Positions 22,622 through 30,745 of a stretch of 32,000 nucleotides of DNA are shown here, piece after piece. The translations under genes were made by a program, and so were the position numbers. Under the pieces are notes generated by a model, which saw only the letters and a list, made by a program, of their open reading frames with translations, was not told the DNA's origin and searched no databases. Source of the stretch: Nitrososphaera viennensis EN76. GTDB lineage: Archaea; Thermoproteota; Nitrososphaeria; Nitrososphaerales; Nitrososphaeraceae. The stretch covers positions 1,770,001 to 1,802,000 of the forward strand of contig NZ_CP007536.1 of NCBI RefSeq assembly GCF_000698785.1, written 5' to 3'. The stretch's first letter is position 1. Each line of letters opens with the position of its first letter.

Positions 22622-23056
22622 TTAAATCCTGAAATCTTTCAAGTGCAGCAAGTTTTCTTTCATCTTGCCTGATTTTGACAGGATTTTGCCATCAGCCGAT
22701 ATCAGGATAGCGTTAAAGTGATCTACCAAGGCGACGTACGTAGCATCATAAAATGTGATTGAAAAGTCGCGTGCAAACTTCATTGCGTTTGAGGCCAGCT
22801 CGTTGCTCAAGGGGATAAGTTCTATTTCCATATCTATCATGTCCTGCATTGCGTTTATGGCATCTTGTACCGTCAGCTCTTTGTTCTTCCAGATCGAGTT
22901 TCCTACCTCGTACAATAATTGAGCGGGGGCCAAAAGCCTGATCTTATTCTGTACAAATGCATCTCTAACCTCTATCGCCTTGTCTGTAAGATCCTCGTTG
23001 TTGAACCACTTTGCCGCGACGCTTGCGTCTAGAATGAATTTGTCGTCAGCGGGCAT
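22622..23056 (-). CDS. vapC: PIN-domain ribonuclease toxin VapC
   Basis: 144 aa. The N-terminal FILDASVAAKWF carries the first PIN acidic residue. Also YDATYVALV and ISADGK. Confidence 0.85.
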   Translation of the reverse strand: MPADDKFILDASVAAKWFNNEDLTDKAIEVRDAFVQNKIRLLAPAQLLYEVGNSIWKNKELTVQDAINAMQDMIDMEIELIPLSNELASNAMKFARDFSITFYDATYVALVDHFNAILISADGKILSKSGKMKENLLHLKDFRI

Positions 23057-23270
23057 CGCGGTCTTCCCTTATTGACTTGGCAGAATCAAAGGCGCCATAC
23101 TTTGTTTTTTCTCGTATTGCATCCATCGAATCTGCCACCTTTTTCCGCCGCGATTCTCGTATTTTGTCTTCTATGGCCGTTCTGATGTACTCGGACCAGT
23201 CAATGTCCACTTCTTTCATCTTCTTCTTCGTCTCCTCCGGTATTCTGACGCTCAATGGGGTACCGGCCAT
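23046..23270 (-). CDS. vapB: VapB-type antitoxin
   Basis: Start at the internal ATG (MAGTPLSVRIPEETKKKMKEVDIDWSEYIRTAIEDKI...), an RHH/VapB-like pattern common next to archaeal PIN genes. It overlaps vapC by 11 nt. Confidence 0.7.
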   Translation of the reverse strand: MAGTPLSVRIPEETKKKMKEVDIDWSEYIRTAIEDKIRESRRKKVADSMDAIREKTKYGAFDSAKSIREDRDAR

Positions 23271-23821
23271 AGGTTGTATTACAATGGACACATACATAAA
23301 TGTAGTGCGTTATAGTACGACATGTTGTATTACAAATACAGGTACTGTACTGTATAGTCGCGTCGGCCGGTCGGATGATTAGACGAAATGCCACTCGACG
23401 ACAACGCTATAGAACATAAAGTGTATTACTGGTAGACGTTGTCGGGATAGAGAAATTGGATGTTTTCATTTATTTGCAATTCTTATCGTCATAATCGAAA
23501 TATTTAGAATAATGTGCTCATACATTTGTTATAGTATAATTACCACTAGAATACATAGATAAGTTATTAACAGAGATATTTTATATAGAGTGGGGAATTG
23601 AGGGCTTCTTTTGCAGTAGATCGCCTTCCTTGCAATCTGTGGCTGAAAGCAAGAAAAGATGTCGTGTCTTTGCAGCCCTGCTGGGAGGATACTGCGAAAA
23701 TCAGCTCTCAAGAATTGAAAGTGGACTTGAAATTCAGACGGCATAGGATCATCGCCCAATTAGCGCGACCATTCTGTACCATTTTACTACAATGCGGCTG
23801 CATACGAGGAGCGCTTGAATC

Positions 23822-25723
23822 ATGACTCTTCGGCGCGCTGCAAAACTGCCATTGCTAATAGGCATAGCTGCGTCGGCATTGGTAGTTTCCGTTTTTTACG
23901 TTTCGGTATATCAGGACTTTAACACGGGGATTGAGGAGACAGAGAGAGTCAAGAGCACCTTGGCCAAGACTCTGGCTTCAAGGACGCAGGTGCGAATGCA
24001 GAACGAGATCCAAATACTAGAACTGGCCGCGAAATTGCCACAGGTGCAGAGTACGACATTCTCACACCTAATAAGTGAAGAATTCAAGGGAATTCCTCCC
24101 AATGCGGACCCTGAAAAGAGGGCCGTCCAGAATGCAATATTTCAGGAATTCCGCGACTTTGAGACAGTCGCATTTCTAATGCCAAATGGCGATGTCTACA
24201 GTGTAGAGCCATCAGAGTTCCAAAAGAACTTGCCCGTAGTTAATTTCGCCTATCGCGATTATTTCATAAAGACGACCTCGACGCAGCGGACTTATGTAAG
24301 CGAGATCTTTAGATCGACCGCAACTGACCATAACACCGTGGTGATATCAACTCCCGTCTTTCGTGACGGTGCCTTGGTAGGGGTCCTGGTTGGCTCGATG
24401 AACCTAGATGTTCTTAACAAGGCGCTACAGACTCTTGAACTTGGCCGAAACGAAGTTGCAGTGCTTGTCGACCGCGATGGAATGGGAATTGCAAGTTCTG
24501 AAAGGTCGGCAAACAGCCAGACTAAAGCACATTCGTATTCGTATCTAGGAAACATTGTTGAGGATATTCGCGATGGCAAGGAAGGGGTGAGCGAGGTCCC
24601 GGTAAATGGGACAGCGATGCATGTAACGTACGCGCCCGTCGAACTTTCAGGCAATAGATGGGCTGTACTCCTCATCCAACCCAGCGAAGATGCATTCAGC
24701 GAGGCCTATTTGCATCAGAGGCAAGCCATAGCCATTGCAGCAATCGTAGTTGCAGTTATGGGCATCTCCGAATACATACTCTTTCGCGCGATGCTTCGCA
24801 ATCTTAAACTTGCTGACAGATTGGAGGATCTAAACGAGGCGCTCAAGACAAGCAATTCTGATCTCAAGAAAGAAAAGGTCCGGCTGGAATCGCTATCAAA
24901 TGAATTGCAGGCAAAGAACTCACACCTAGAGTACCTTGCCCACGAGCTTGATCTCAAGGCCGAACAGCTGCAAAAGATAGATGCTGCCAAAGAGGAATTC
25001 GCCGCCATGATAACTCACGAGCTAAAGACTCCTCTGGTTCCAATCATAGGATTTGCCGAACTTTTGTCAGATGGAACACTTGGTGAGCTAACACCTCTTC
25101 AGAGAGAAAAAGTCCAGCTGATGCACGGCAGCGCCATCTCGCTTTCAAACCTGATTACCGACTTGCTGGACATTCGCAAACTGGAGCTTAACAAGATGAA
25201 ATTCGACATGATTGAATCATCTGTTAATGAATTTCTAGAGCGGGCCGTTGGATCCTTCAAGCCACTTGCAGAATCAAAGAAAATATCACTCACATACAAT
25301 GTGCAGGCGGAGAAAGAGCCCAATGGCACACTAAACCTGATCTGTGACCCGAAAAGGATACAGCAGGTATTGCACAATCTATTGAGCAACGCGATAAAAT
25401 TCGTGCCAGAAAAAACTGGCAGGATTGAAGTTTCTGCAAGGAGAATACCTGATGACGGCTCTATCGAATTCGGAGTCAGAGACAACGGGATTGGAATACC
25501 AGTAGAAAAGCAGAACGAGATATTCAAGAAATTCTACCAGGTAGATACCTCTCTCCGCAGGGCGATGGGCGGCAGCGGCCTCGGTCTTGCGATATCCAAA
25601 GGAATCGTGGAAGCTCACGGTGGCACGATTTGGTTTGAGAGTGTGCCAGGGGTGGGCACGACTTTTTACTTTTCCATACCGGCCAGGCCGGCTTTGGGAA
25701 ATGGGAGCAATGACAGTAAATGA
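23822..25723 (+). CDS. sensor histidine kinase with extracytoplasmic Cache-like domain
   Basis: 633 aa. TM1 is LPLLIGIAASALVVSVFYV. An extracytoplasmic region of about 270 aa follows (FLMPNGDVYSVEP, YRDYF, ISTPVFRDGALVGVLVGSMNLD). TM2 and a coiled coil come next. H-box is FAAMITHELKTPLVPIIGFAELL. The HATPase has the N box LHNLLSNAIKF, G1 DNGIGIP and G2 GGSGLGLAISKG. Confidence 0.9.
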   Translation: MTLRRAAKLPLLIGIAASALVVSVFYVSVYQDFNTGIEETERVKSTLAKTLASRTQVRMQNEIQILELAAKLPQVQSTTFSHLISEEFKGIPPNADPEKRAVQNAIFQEFRDFETVAFLMPNGDVYSVEPSEFQKNLPVVNFAYRDYFIKTTSTQRTYVSEIFRSTATDHNTVVISTPVFRDGALVGVLVGSMNLDVLNKALQTLELGRNEVAVLVDRDGMGIASSERSANSQTKAHSYSYLGNIVEDIRDGKEGVSEVPVNGTAMHVTYAPVELSGNRWAVLLIQPSEDAFSEAYLHQRQAIAIAAIVVAVMGISEYILFRAMLRNLKLADRLEDLNEALKTSNSDLKKEKVRLESLSNELQAKNSHLEYLAHELDLKAEQLQKIDAAKEEFAAMITHELKTPLVPIIGFAELLSDGTLGELTPLQREKVQLMHGSAISLSNLITDLLDIRKLELNKMKFDMIESSVNEFLERAVGSFKPLAESKKISLTYNVQAEKEPNGTLNLICDPKRIQQVLHNLLSNAIKFVPEKTGRIEVSARRIPDDGSIEFGVRDNGIGIPVEKQNEIFKKFYQVDTSLRRAMGGSGLGLAISKGIVEAHGGTIWFESVPGVGTTFYFSIPARPALGNGSNDSK

Positions 25724-26103
25724 AGAGAATACTCGTAGTGGATGACAACAATATGATAGCGGACCTGGCAGAGATAATACTTCAGACTGCCGGCTATAGC
25801 TGTACCAAGGTGAACGAAGGGAGGAAATGCCTGGATATCATCCGGGAAGCCTACAAGAACAACAACAACTATGACCTTGTTCTGCTGGACATTGCAATGC
25901 CCCAATTCTCCGGACTGGATGTCCTGAAGGCCATCCAAGAGGAGGGATATCTAAGCCACAACAAAGTGATCCTTTTCACTGCATCATCTGCCACAAACCT
26001 GGAGATTGAAGATTTCAAAAAGATGGGAGCGCTTGACTGCCTGAGAAAGCCGTTCAGCAAGGCCAACCTTTTGGATTTTGTAAAAAAATATCTTCCAGAG
26101 TGA
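25720..26103 (+). CDS. single-domain response regulator (receiver only)
   Basis: 127 aa. ILVVDDN, DLVLLDIAMPQFSG, ILFTASS, LRKPF. ATGA overlap with the upstream kinase gene. Confidence 0.9.
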   Translation: MKRILVVDDNNMIADLAEIILQTAGYSCTKVNEGRKCLDIIREAYKNNNNYDLVLLDIAMPQFSGLDVLKAIQEEGYLSHNKVILFTASSATNLEIEDFKKMGALDCLRKPFSKANLLDFVKKYLPE

Positions 26104-26114
26104 GTGTGTATAGG

Positions 26115-26513
26115 ATGGCGGGCGGCAGCATCAACAAGAAGGCGAAAAAAATACTCATAGTTGACGACGATGCAAACATTGTGGAGCTTACGCGCCTCAT
26201 AATGGAATCTGCAGGCTACCAGTGCTCTGTGCTTACCAGAGGGATGGAATGCGTAAGTCACCTCGAGGAAAACAACAACTACGACCTTGTCCTTCTTGAT
26301 GTTGCCATGCCGTCCTTTTGTGGCATTGATGTAGTAAACGCGCTAAAGGAAAAAGGGATATTTGAAAAACAGAAAATAGCTTTCTTTACCGCATCATCAG
26401 CAGGGATTCTGGAAGATTCTGAGCTGACAAAGCTCGGGGTAATAGGACTTTTGAAAAAGCCATTCAGCAAAAAAAACTTGCTGGAAAGAATAGAGGTGTG
26501 GACCTCGGACTAA
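26115..26513 (+). CDS. single-domain response regulator (receiver only), paralog
   Basis: ATG at 26115; the track GTG at 26100 overlaps the previous stop. ILIVDDD, DLVLLDVAMPSFCG, AFFTASS, LKKPF. Confidence 0.85.
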   Translation: MAGGSINKKAKKILIVDDDANIVELTRLIMESAGYQCSVLTRGMECVSHLEENNNYDLVLLDVAMPSFCGIDVVNALKEKGIFEKQKIAFFTASSAGILEDSELTKLGVIGLLKKPFSKKNLLERIEVWTSD

Positions 26514-26530
26514 GGGATGCCAAGCCTTCA

Positions 26531-28522
26531 ATGACAACCGAGACACCTGCGACGGGGAGCATAAACAATTCCCTTGGATCAAGCCTGCACACCAAGATTG
26601 TCTTGTTGATAATGGCCATCGCGCTAGTGTCAATAGTAGTGCTTGCGGCAATCAGCATAGAAAATGGCCAGCAAATACTGAAAAAAGATGTCGGTCAGAG
26701 GCTCAACGTCATAGCATCGGACAGGATGCAGGCGATCAAAAGCGTATGGAACCTGAGGCTTGAGCAGGCAGACGTGCTGGCCTCTGACCCAAAAGTCCAA
26801 ACATTTCTTGCCTCCATTTACGCCCCCACATCTGGGGCTAAAGATGCAGCAGTGCAAGCAATCTCAGAATTTGACCGGCTGACAAGGACCAAGGACACTA
26901 CATACCTTGCAGTGCGGATAGCAGATGCTGGCGGGAACATACTTGTTTCAACAGAAAAGTCGGGAAACGAAAAGGCGGCCTTGAGCCAGGAGATGATTCG
27001 CAGGGCGTCTATCGCGCCATTCTACACCATTACCTTTGACAAAGAATTGCAGATCGCATTGCTTGAAACCGTGGCACCTGTTCACCGTCCTGCAGACAGC
27101 GGGTCTGCTCCAATTGGCTTTGTAAGCATTGTGCGAGAGCCCCAGACTGCTAACAGCATCCTGACAAACAAGTTGTTCCTTGGAGACACCGGCGAACTCT
27201 ATCTGGTAAGCGAAAACGGCCTCATGATAACGGATTCCCGTTTTGCAAGCGATGCAAGGTACAGGCAGACTATTGAAGCGCCTCCGGTGCAGCAGTGTTT
27301 TGACAATGGCGCGGACGTAGTTGGCGCGCTCTATACCAACTACAGGGGTGCAACCGTCTTTGGAGCTTCAAACTGCGACAAGAACCTTGGAGCCGTACTT
27401 GTTTCAGAAGTCGAAAGAGACGAAATGTTTTCGCCGCTGAGGGTCCTGCAATATGAATTTCTGTCAATAGCCGGCGTGATAATTGCGGCGGCCGGAGCAT
27501 CGGCATTCTTTCTTTCGCAGTCAATACTAAAGCCTCTTCAGCGCCTGAGGATGACGATGAGGAAAGTGCAGGCAGGCGATTTTGAGAAGGTGGATATAGC
27601 AAGGCGCGACGAAATAGGCGAACTGGCGGCCAGCTTTAACGCGATGGTTGAAGAGATAGGCATCAAGACAAAAAAGATTCACTTAAAAAATGACATACTT
27701 TCCTTCATGGCATCCCGGCTCGAAGTTCAGGCAGACGAGCTCAAGAAAATAGACCGGGAAAAAGAAGAGTATGCTTCTGTTGTGGCTCACGAGCTAAAGA
27801 CCTTCTTGGTTCCAATAATAGGATACTCGGAGCTCTTGCTTGACGGCACATTTGGAAAGCTCGAGCAAATACAGAAGGAGAAGGTCCTTATTATGCTTGA
27901 AAGGGCTTGGTCGCTCCTCTACCTGACGCAGAACGTACTTGACGCGCGATTGCTGGAAACCAAAGCGCTCAAGATGAACATTGCAAAAGAGCCAGTTTCT
28001 GCAATGACGCTCCTCAAAGAATGCAAAGAAAGGGCGCTTCCGCTTGCCCGGTCGCGCAACTTGAAGATTGTGGTCACGGGAGACGTTAATGATGACAATG
28101 ATAATCATGATGATGGAGCCAAACAACTGATGCTCTATTGCGATTCCCAAAAGGTGCTGCAGGTGCTTGATAATCTGGTGAACAATGCAATAAAGGCAAC
28201 TTCTCCAGGCAGCAAAAACGGTGCAATCAGGCTGCGCGCCGAGAAAATGTATGGTGACGAGGTTCTCTTTTCAGTCAAAGACAGCGGAAGAGGAATTCCG
28301 CCGGAAATGCAGCCCCACCTCTTGAGGAAATTCTACGAACTGGACAAGTCACTGACGCGCCAGGCTGGCGGAAGTGGGCTTGGACTCGCAATATCAAGGG
28401 GAATTGTTGAGGCCCATGGTGGAAGGATTTGGTTTGATAGCATACCTGACGTGGGCTCTTCCTTTTACTTTACGATTCCTATGACGCCGGACACAAAGGC
28501 GAATCCGAACAAGATTCTTTAG
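26531..28522 (+). CDS. sensor histidine kinase with Cache-like domain and HAMP
   Basis: ATG at 26531. There are two TM segments and an extracytoplasmic region (GELYLVSENGLMITDSRF, GATVFGASNCDKNLGAVLVSEVERDE). HAMP is LKPLQRLRMTMRKVQAGDF..DEIGELAASFNAMVEEI. H-box is YASVVAHELKTFLVPIIGYSELL. The HATPase has LDNLVNNAIKA, DSGRGIP and GGSGLGLAISRG. Confidence 0.9.
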   Translation: MTTETPATGSINNSLGSSLHTKIVLLIMAIALVSIVVLAAISIENGQQILKKDVGQRLNVIASDRMQAIKSVWNLRLEQADVLASDPKVQTFLASIYAPTSGAKDAAVQAISEFDRLTRTKDTTYLAVRIADAGGNILVSTEKSGNEKAALSQEMIRRASIAPFYTITFDKELQIALLETVAPVHRPADSGSAPIGFVSIVREPQTANSILTNKLFLGDTGELYLVSENGLMITDSRFASDARYRQTIEAPPVQQCFDNGADVVGALYTNYRGATVFGASNCDKNLGAVLVSEVERDEMFSPLRVLQYEFLSIAGVIIAAAGASAFFLSQSILKPLQRLRMTMRKVQAGDFEKVDIARRDEIGELAASFNAMVEEIGIKTKKIHLKNDILSFMASRLEVQADELKKIDREKEEYASVVAHELKTFLVPIIGYSELLLDGTFGKLEQIQKEKVLIMLERAWSLLYLTQNVLDARLLETKALKMNIAKEPVSAMTLLKECKERALPLARSRNLKIVVTGDVNDDNDNHDDGAKQLMLYCDSQKVLQVLDNLVNNAIKATSPGSKNGAIRLRAEKMYGDEVLFSVKDSGRGIPPEMQPHLLRKFYELDKSLTRQAGGSGLGLAISRGIVEAHGGRIWFDSIPDVGSSFYFTIPMTPDTKANPNKIL

Positions 28523-28569
28523 TAAAAAGAAAAGAAAATGAGCACGCAAAAAAAGATACAACATGAACC

Positions 28570-28595
28570 CGCATGCATGCGTGCACGCGCGCACA
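28570..28595. repeat. 26-nt strictly alternating pyrimidine/purine tract made of nested palindromes
   Basis: Read directly: cgcatgcatgcgtgcacgcgcgcaca. It contains the palindromes CGCATGCATGCG (28570-28581) and GCGTGCACGC (28579-28588), plus GCGCGC. TGCATGCG at 28624-28631 is the reverse complement of 28570-28577. Confidence 0.85.
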
Positions 28596-28613
28596 ATTCG
28601 GTAATGCGCCGGA

Positions 28614-28620
28614 TTTTTTT
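28614..28620 (+). terminator. oligo-T run (T7) downstream of the second kinase gene
   Basis: ggattttttt read directly. It lies inside the loop of the 8-bp long-range inverted repeat 28570-28577 / 28624-28631. A-rich runs at 28526-28556 could serve the convergent gene. Confidence 0.35.
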
Positions 28621-28631
28621 GTGTGCATGCG

Positions 28632-29444
28632 TTAGTTGACGCAGGAAACTTGTGACACAACCCTGTCAACGTAAAGGGACGATGCGCCATCATATTCGCA
28701 ATTTGCTATGGCTGCAGCGACGCTGTTGTCGACTATGATCATCGGTGTGTACATGATGCTCGTTTCAATGTCTGCATGTCCGAGGCCCAGGGCGTGTCCT
28801 AGTTCGTGCTCAAAGATTGGTCCGACATATCCTTTCTCGTAAAGGTCCAAAGCAGAGTAGATGTGGACTTCTGCATACAGTATCTCAAAGGTTGCCTTGT
28901 CCCGGCCTATTCTGGTCATGCCCGGCTTGCCTTGGGGATGAGAGTCGGCTTCAAGAAATACCTTGATGTCTGCCCCATTGGAGCCCGGGTCGACAAGTTG
29001 CAGAACGGGCACGTTTTTTGACTGCGCCGAGACCTTTTGCAATAGGTCCGGCCACGCCGGGTAAAAGGTCGTTGTCGCCGTCGTTAACGTTTGTTGTTGG
29101 GTGGCGTTTTGCGCCGGTTGCTGTCCTTTACTTGCGAGATTAAGATAGGTTCGGAGGCTTTTTGACACTTGATCAAATTGCTGCTGTGCCATGCCAGCCG
29201 AGAAAAATGAAACAGTGACCGTAGATTTTCCCCAATAGCCGTCAAGAAAGATTGTTCCGTTATCTGACGCTGGGGCGTCCAGAGGTGTTGAGACGGCCAT
29301 TATGTCATCTATATGTTCATTGGTCTGGATGTCGCGGATGTCCATGCTAGTCTCGACAAACGAATTGATAACCGTAGCAATTACCGCAAGCGTTGCAAAC
29401 GAACCTATTCCCGTGTAGATGGCGGCGGTTCTGGCGCTTATCAT
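28632..29444 (-). CDS. membrane-anchored metzincin zinc metalloprotease (matrixin/M10-like)
   Basis: 270 aa with an N-terminal anchor (AAIYTGIGSFATLAVIATVI). The catalytic motif is HELGHALGLGHADIETSIMY (HExxHxxGxxH plus a Met-turn). Confidence 0.8.
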   Translation of the reverse strand: MISARTAAIYTGIGSFATLAVIATVINSFVETSMDIRDIQTNEHIDDIMAVSTPLDAPASDNGTIFLDGYWGKSTVTVSFFSAGMAQQQFDQVSKSLRTYLNLASKGQQPAQNATQQQTLTTATTTFYPAWPDLLQKVSAQSKNVPVLQLVDPGSNGADIKVFLEADSHPQGKPGMTRIGRDKATFEILYAEVHIYSALDLYEKGYVGPIFEHELGHALGLGHADIETSIMYTPMIIVDNSVAAAIANCEYDGASSLYVDRVVSQVSCVN

Positions 29445-30023
29445 TTGGCTATTCCCGAGCTAATGGATCTATAATATAGAGAATTTCCAAACTCCTGCCC
29501 AGATGCAAGCTGCAAATTCTTAATTTCTGCACATATGAGAAACTGTCTTGCTTCCTGACCAACCCTTGCGACAATACTCCATTGTTGCTTAAAAAGGCAG
29601 CTACTAGCTAGTTAAAAGAAGAGAACATCGATTTGCAGAGGGCATGACTGGAGGCAACAAAAGGTCTCGGCCCGATACAACCGAGGCTGCTTGACAGGAA
29701 AAGTGTATACACTGTTTTTCGCGGTCGCTATCTCGCTGGCCACGAGTTAACAAGCACTGCAATATGCATGCCGATATGGAATTCTGATTCTAAAGGACAA
29801 CAAAGACCCGTTGCAACTTCCGCTAAAAACAATAATGAATTCTATTTATGTCAAGACAGGCCAAAAGGTTAACTGCGTAATTGGCAGTTTGTTCAATCCC
29901 GTAATCTTTGCAAGTATTACAGGTAGCATTAGGGCGCAGATGTACGTCCTGACTAGGAGGTACTCGAGTCTAGATGGGTTCGAGCCCATGCGAAAATGTA
30001 TAACTGCTAGCGCTTAAAATTGT

Positions 30024-30707
30024 TTATTTGGGTGACTCGATATTTTCCCGCAATTTTGACAGGTTTTTCCTGCAGTCTGATATGAGAGGCTCCATGTTGC
30101 GCTTCAACCCAAACGCGGCGCGGAGAGACTGGATGAATTGCTCCTCCTCCATCCTTCCAATCATGTCTGTGACCTGCTTTACCAGAATACTCTTTGCCCC
30201 GCGCGTTGCATGCTTCAAGACTGCATTCCAGTCCACTTCATCGCTCAGCATCACAATGTCGCGCATGTCCACGTCTCTTCCAGAGTGCATCTTCATGGCA
30301 ATGAGCAATTCCTTCGTGGACACCGTAACGCTGGCAGAATTCCTTGTGCCCGCTACTATTGTTTCTGTCGAATTATCTTTGACGTATTCATAACTCCACG
30401 ATGCCTTGGTCTTGCGCGAGGTAACGCCGTTTATGAACAGATCCACGGATACCCGCATTCCTCCAGTAATGCTTTTCACGTAGATGTCGACCTCGCTCTG
30501 GTAGGCCTCGTCAAAACCTTTGGCAGACTTGCCCTTCCTGTAGCCTTCCTTCTTGAGAAGATCTGAAAATTTCTCCGCGTTTTTTCTCGAAATGACCAGA
30601 TCGCAGTCCACCGAAAATCTGTGGACAGACAGCGCGCTGACGGCGTACTCGCCGATTACGACAAAGAAGCCTTTCGGCAGCGACGACAGGATTCTGATTA
30701 TCTCCAT
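30024..30707 (-). CDS. nucleotidyltransferase-fold protein, AbiEii/COG2253-like putative type IV toxin
   Basis: 227 aa. VVIGEYAVSALSVHRFSVDCDLVI gives the G..A and DxD of the NTase fold. VSVDLFI supplies a third acidic residue. The later LIAMKMHSGRDVDMRDIVML resembles the AbiEii C-terminal region. Its partner gene lies upstream. Confidence 0.5.
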   Translation of the reverse strand: MEIIRILSSLPKGFFVVIGEYAVSALSVHRFSVDCDLVISRKNAEKFSDLLKKEGYRKGKSAKGFDEAYQSEVDIYVKSITGGMRVSVDLFINGVTSRKTKASWSYEYVKDNSTETIVAGTRNSASVTVSTKELLIAMKMHSGRDVDMRDIVMLSDEVDWNAVLKHATRGAKSILVKQVTDMIGRMEEEQFIQSLRAAFGLKRNMEPLISDCRKNLSKLRENIESPK

Positions 30708-30745
30708 CTCTCTGCTTTCTGGTCATCACGAAGCATTTTTTTGCA

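Noticed and set aside
23529-23825. Track ORFs of 76 aa (minus) and 75 aa (plus) in the AT-rich spacer before the kinase operon.
   Set aside because: They overlap each other. One starts at TTG only ~10 nt after a TATA-like element. The compositions are odd and I recognise no motifs. The region is treated as leader or noncoding.
28394-28693. A 99-aa minus-strand ORF spanning the convergent intergenic region.
   Set aside because: It overlaps the 3' ends of both well-supported flanking genes and crosses the alternating Py/Pu tract. Its composition is implausible.
29974-29989. ATGGGTTCGAGCCCAT, which looks at first like a tRNA T-arm (GGTTCGA..CC) in the 580-bp noncoding region. It could have been a tRNA gene or an att-site fragment.
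   Set aside because: With a canonical 7-nt T-loop the stem does not pair; the hairpin only forms with a 6-nt or smaller loop, so it is a near-palindrome. The following 7 nt (gcgaaaa) would need a 5' acceptor strand ttttcgc. The only copy of that (29714-29720) is ~260 nt away and is not followed by a D-arm. I could not build a cloverleaf. tRNAscan-SE, ARAGORN or Infernal should still be run on 29445-30023.
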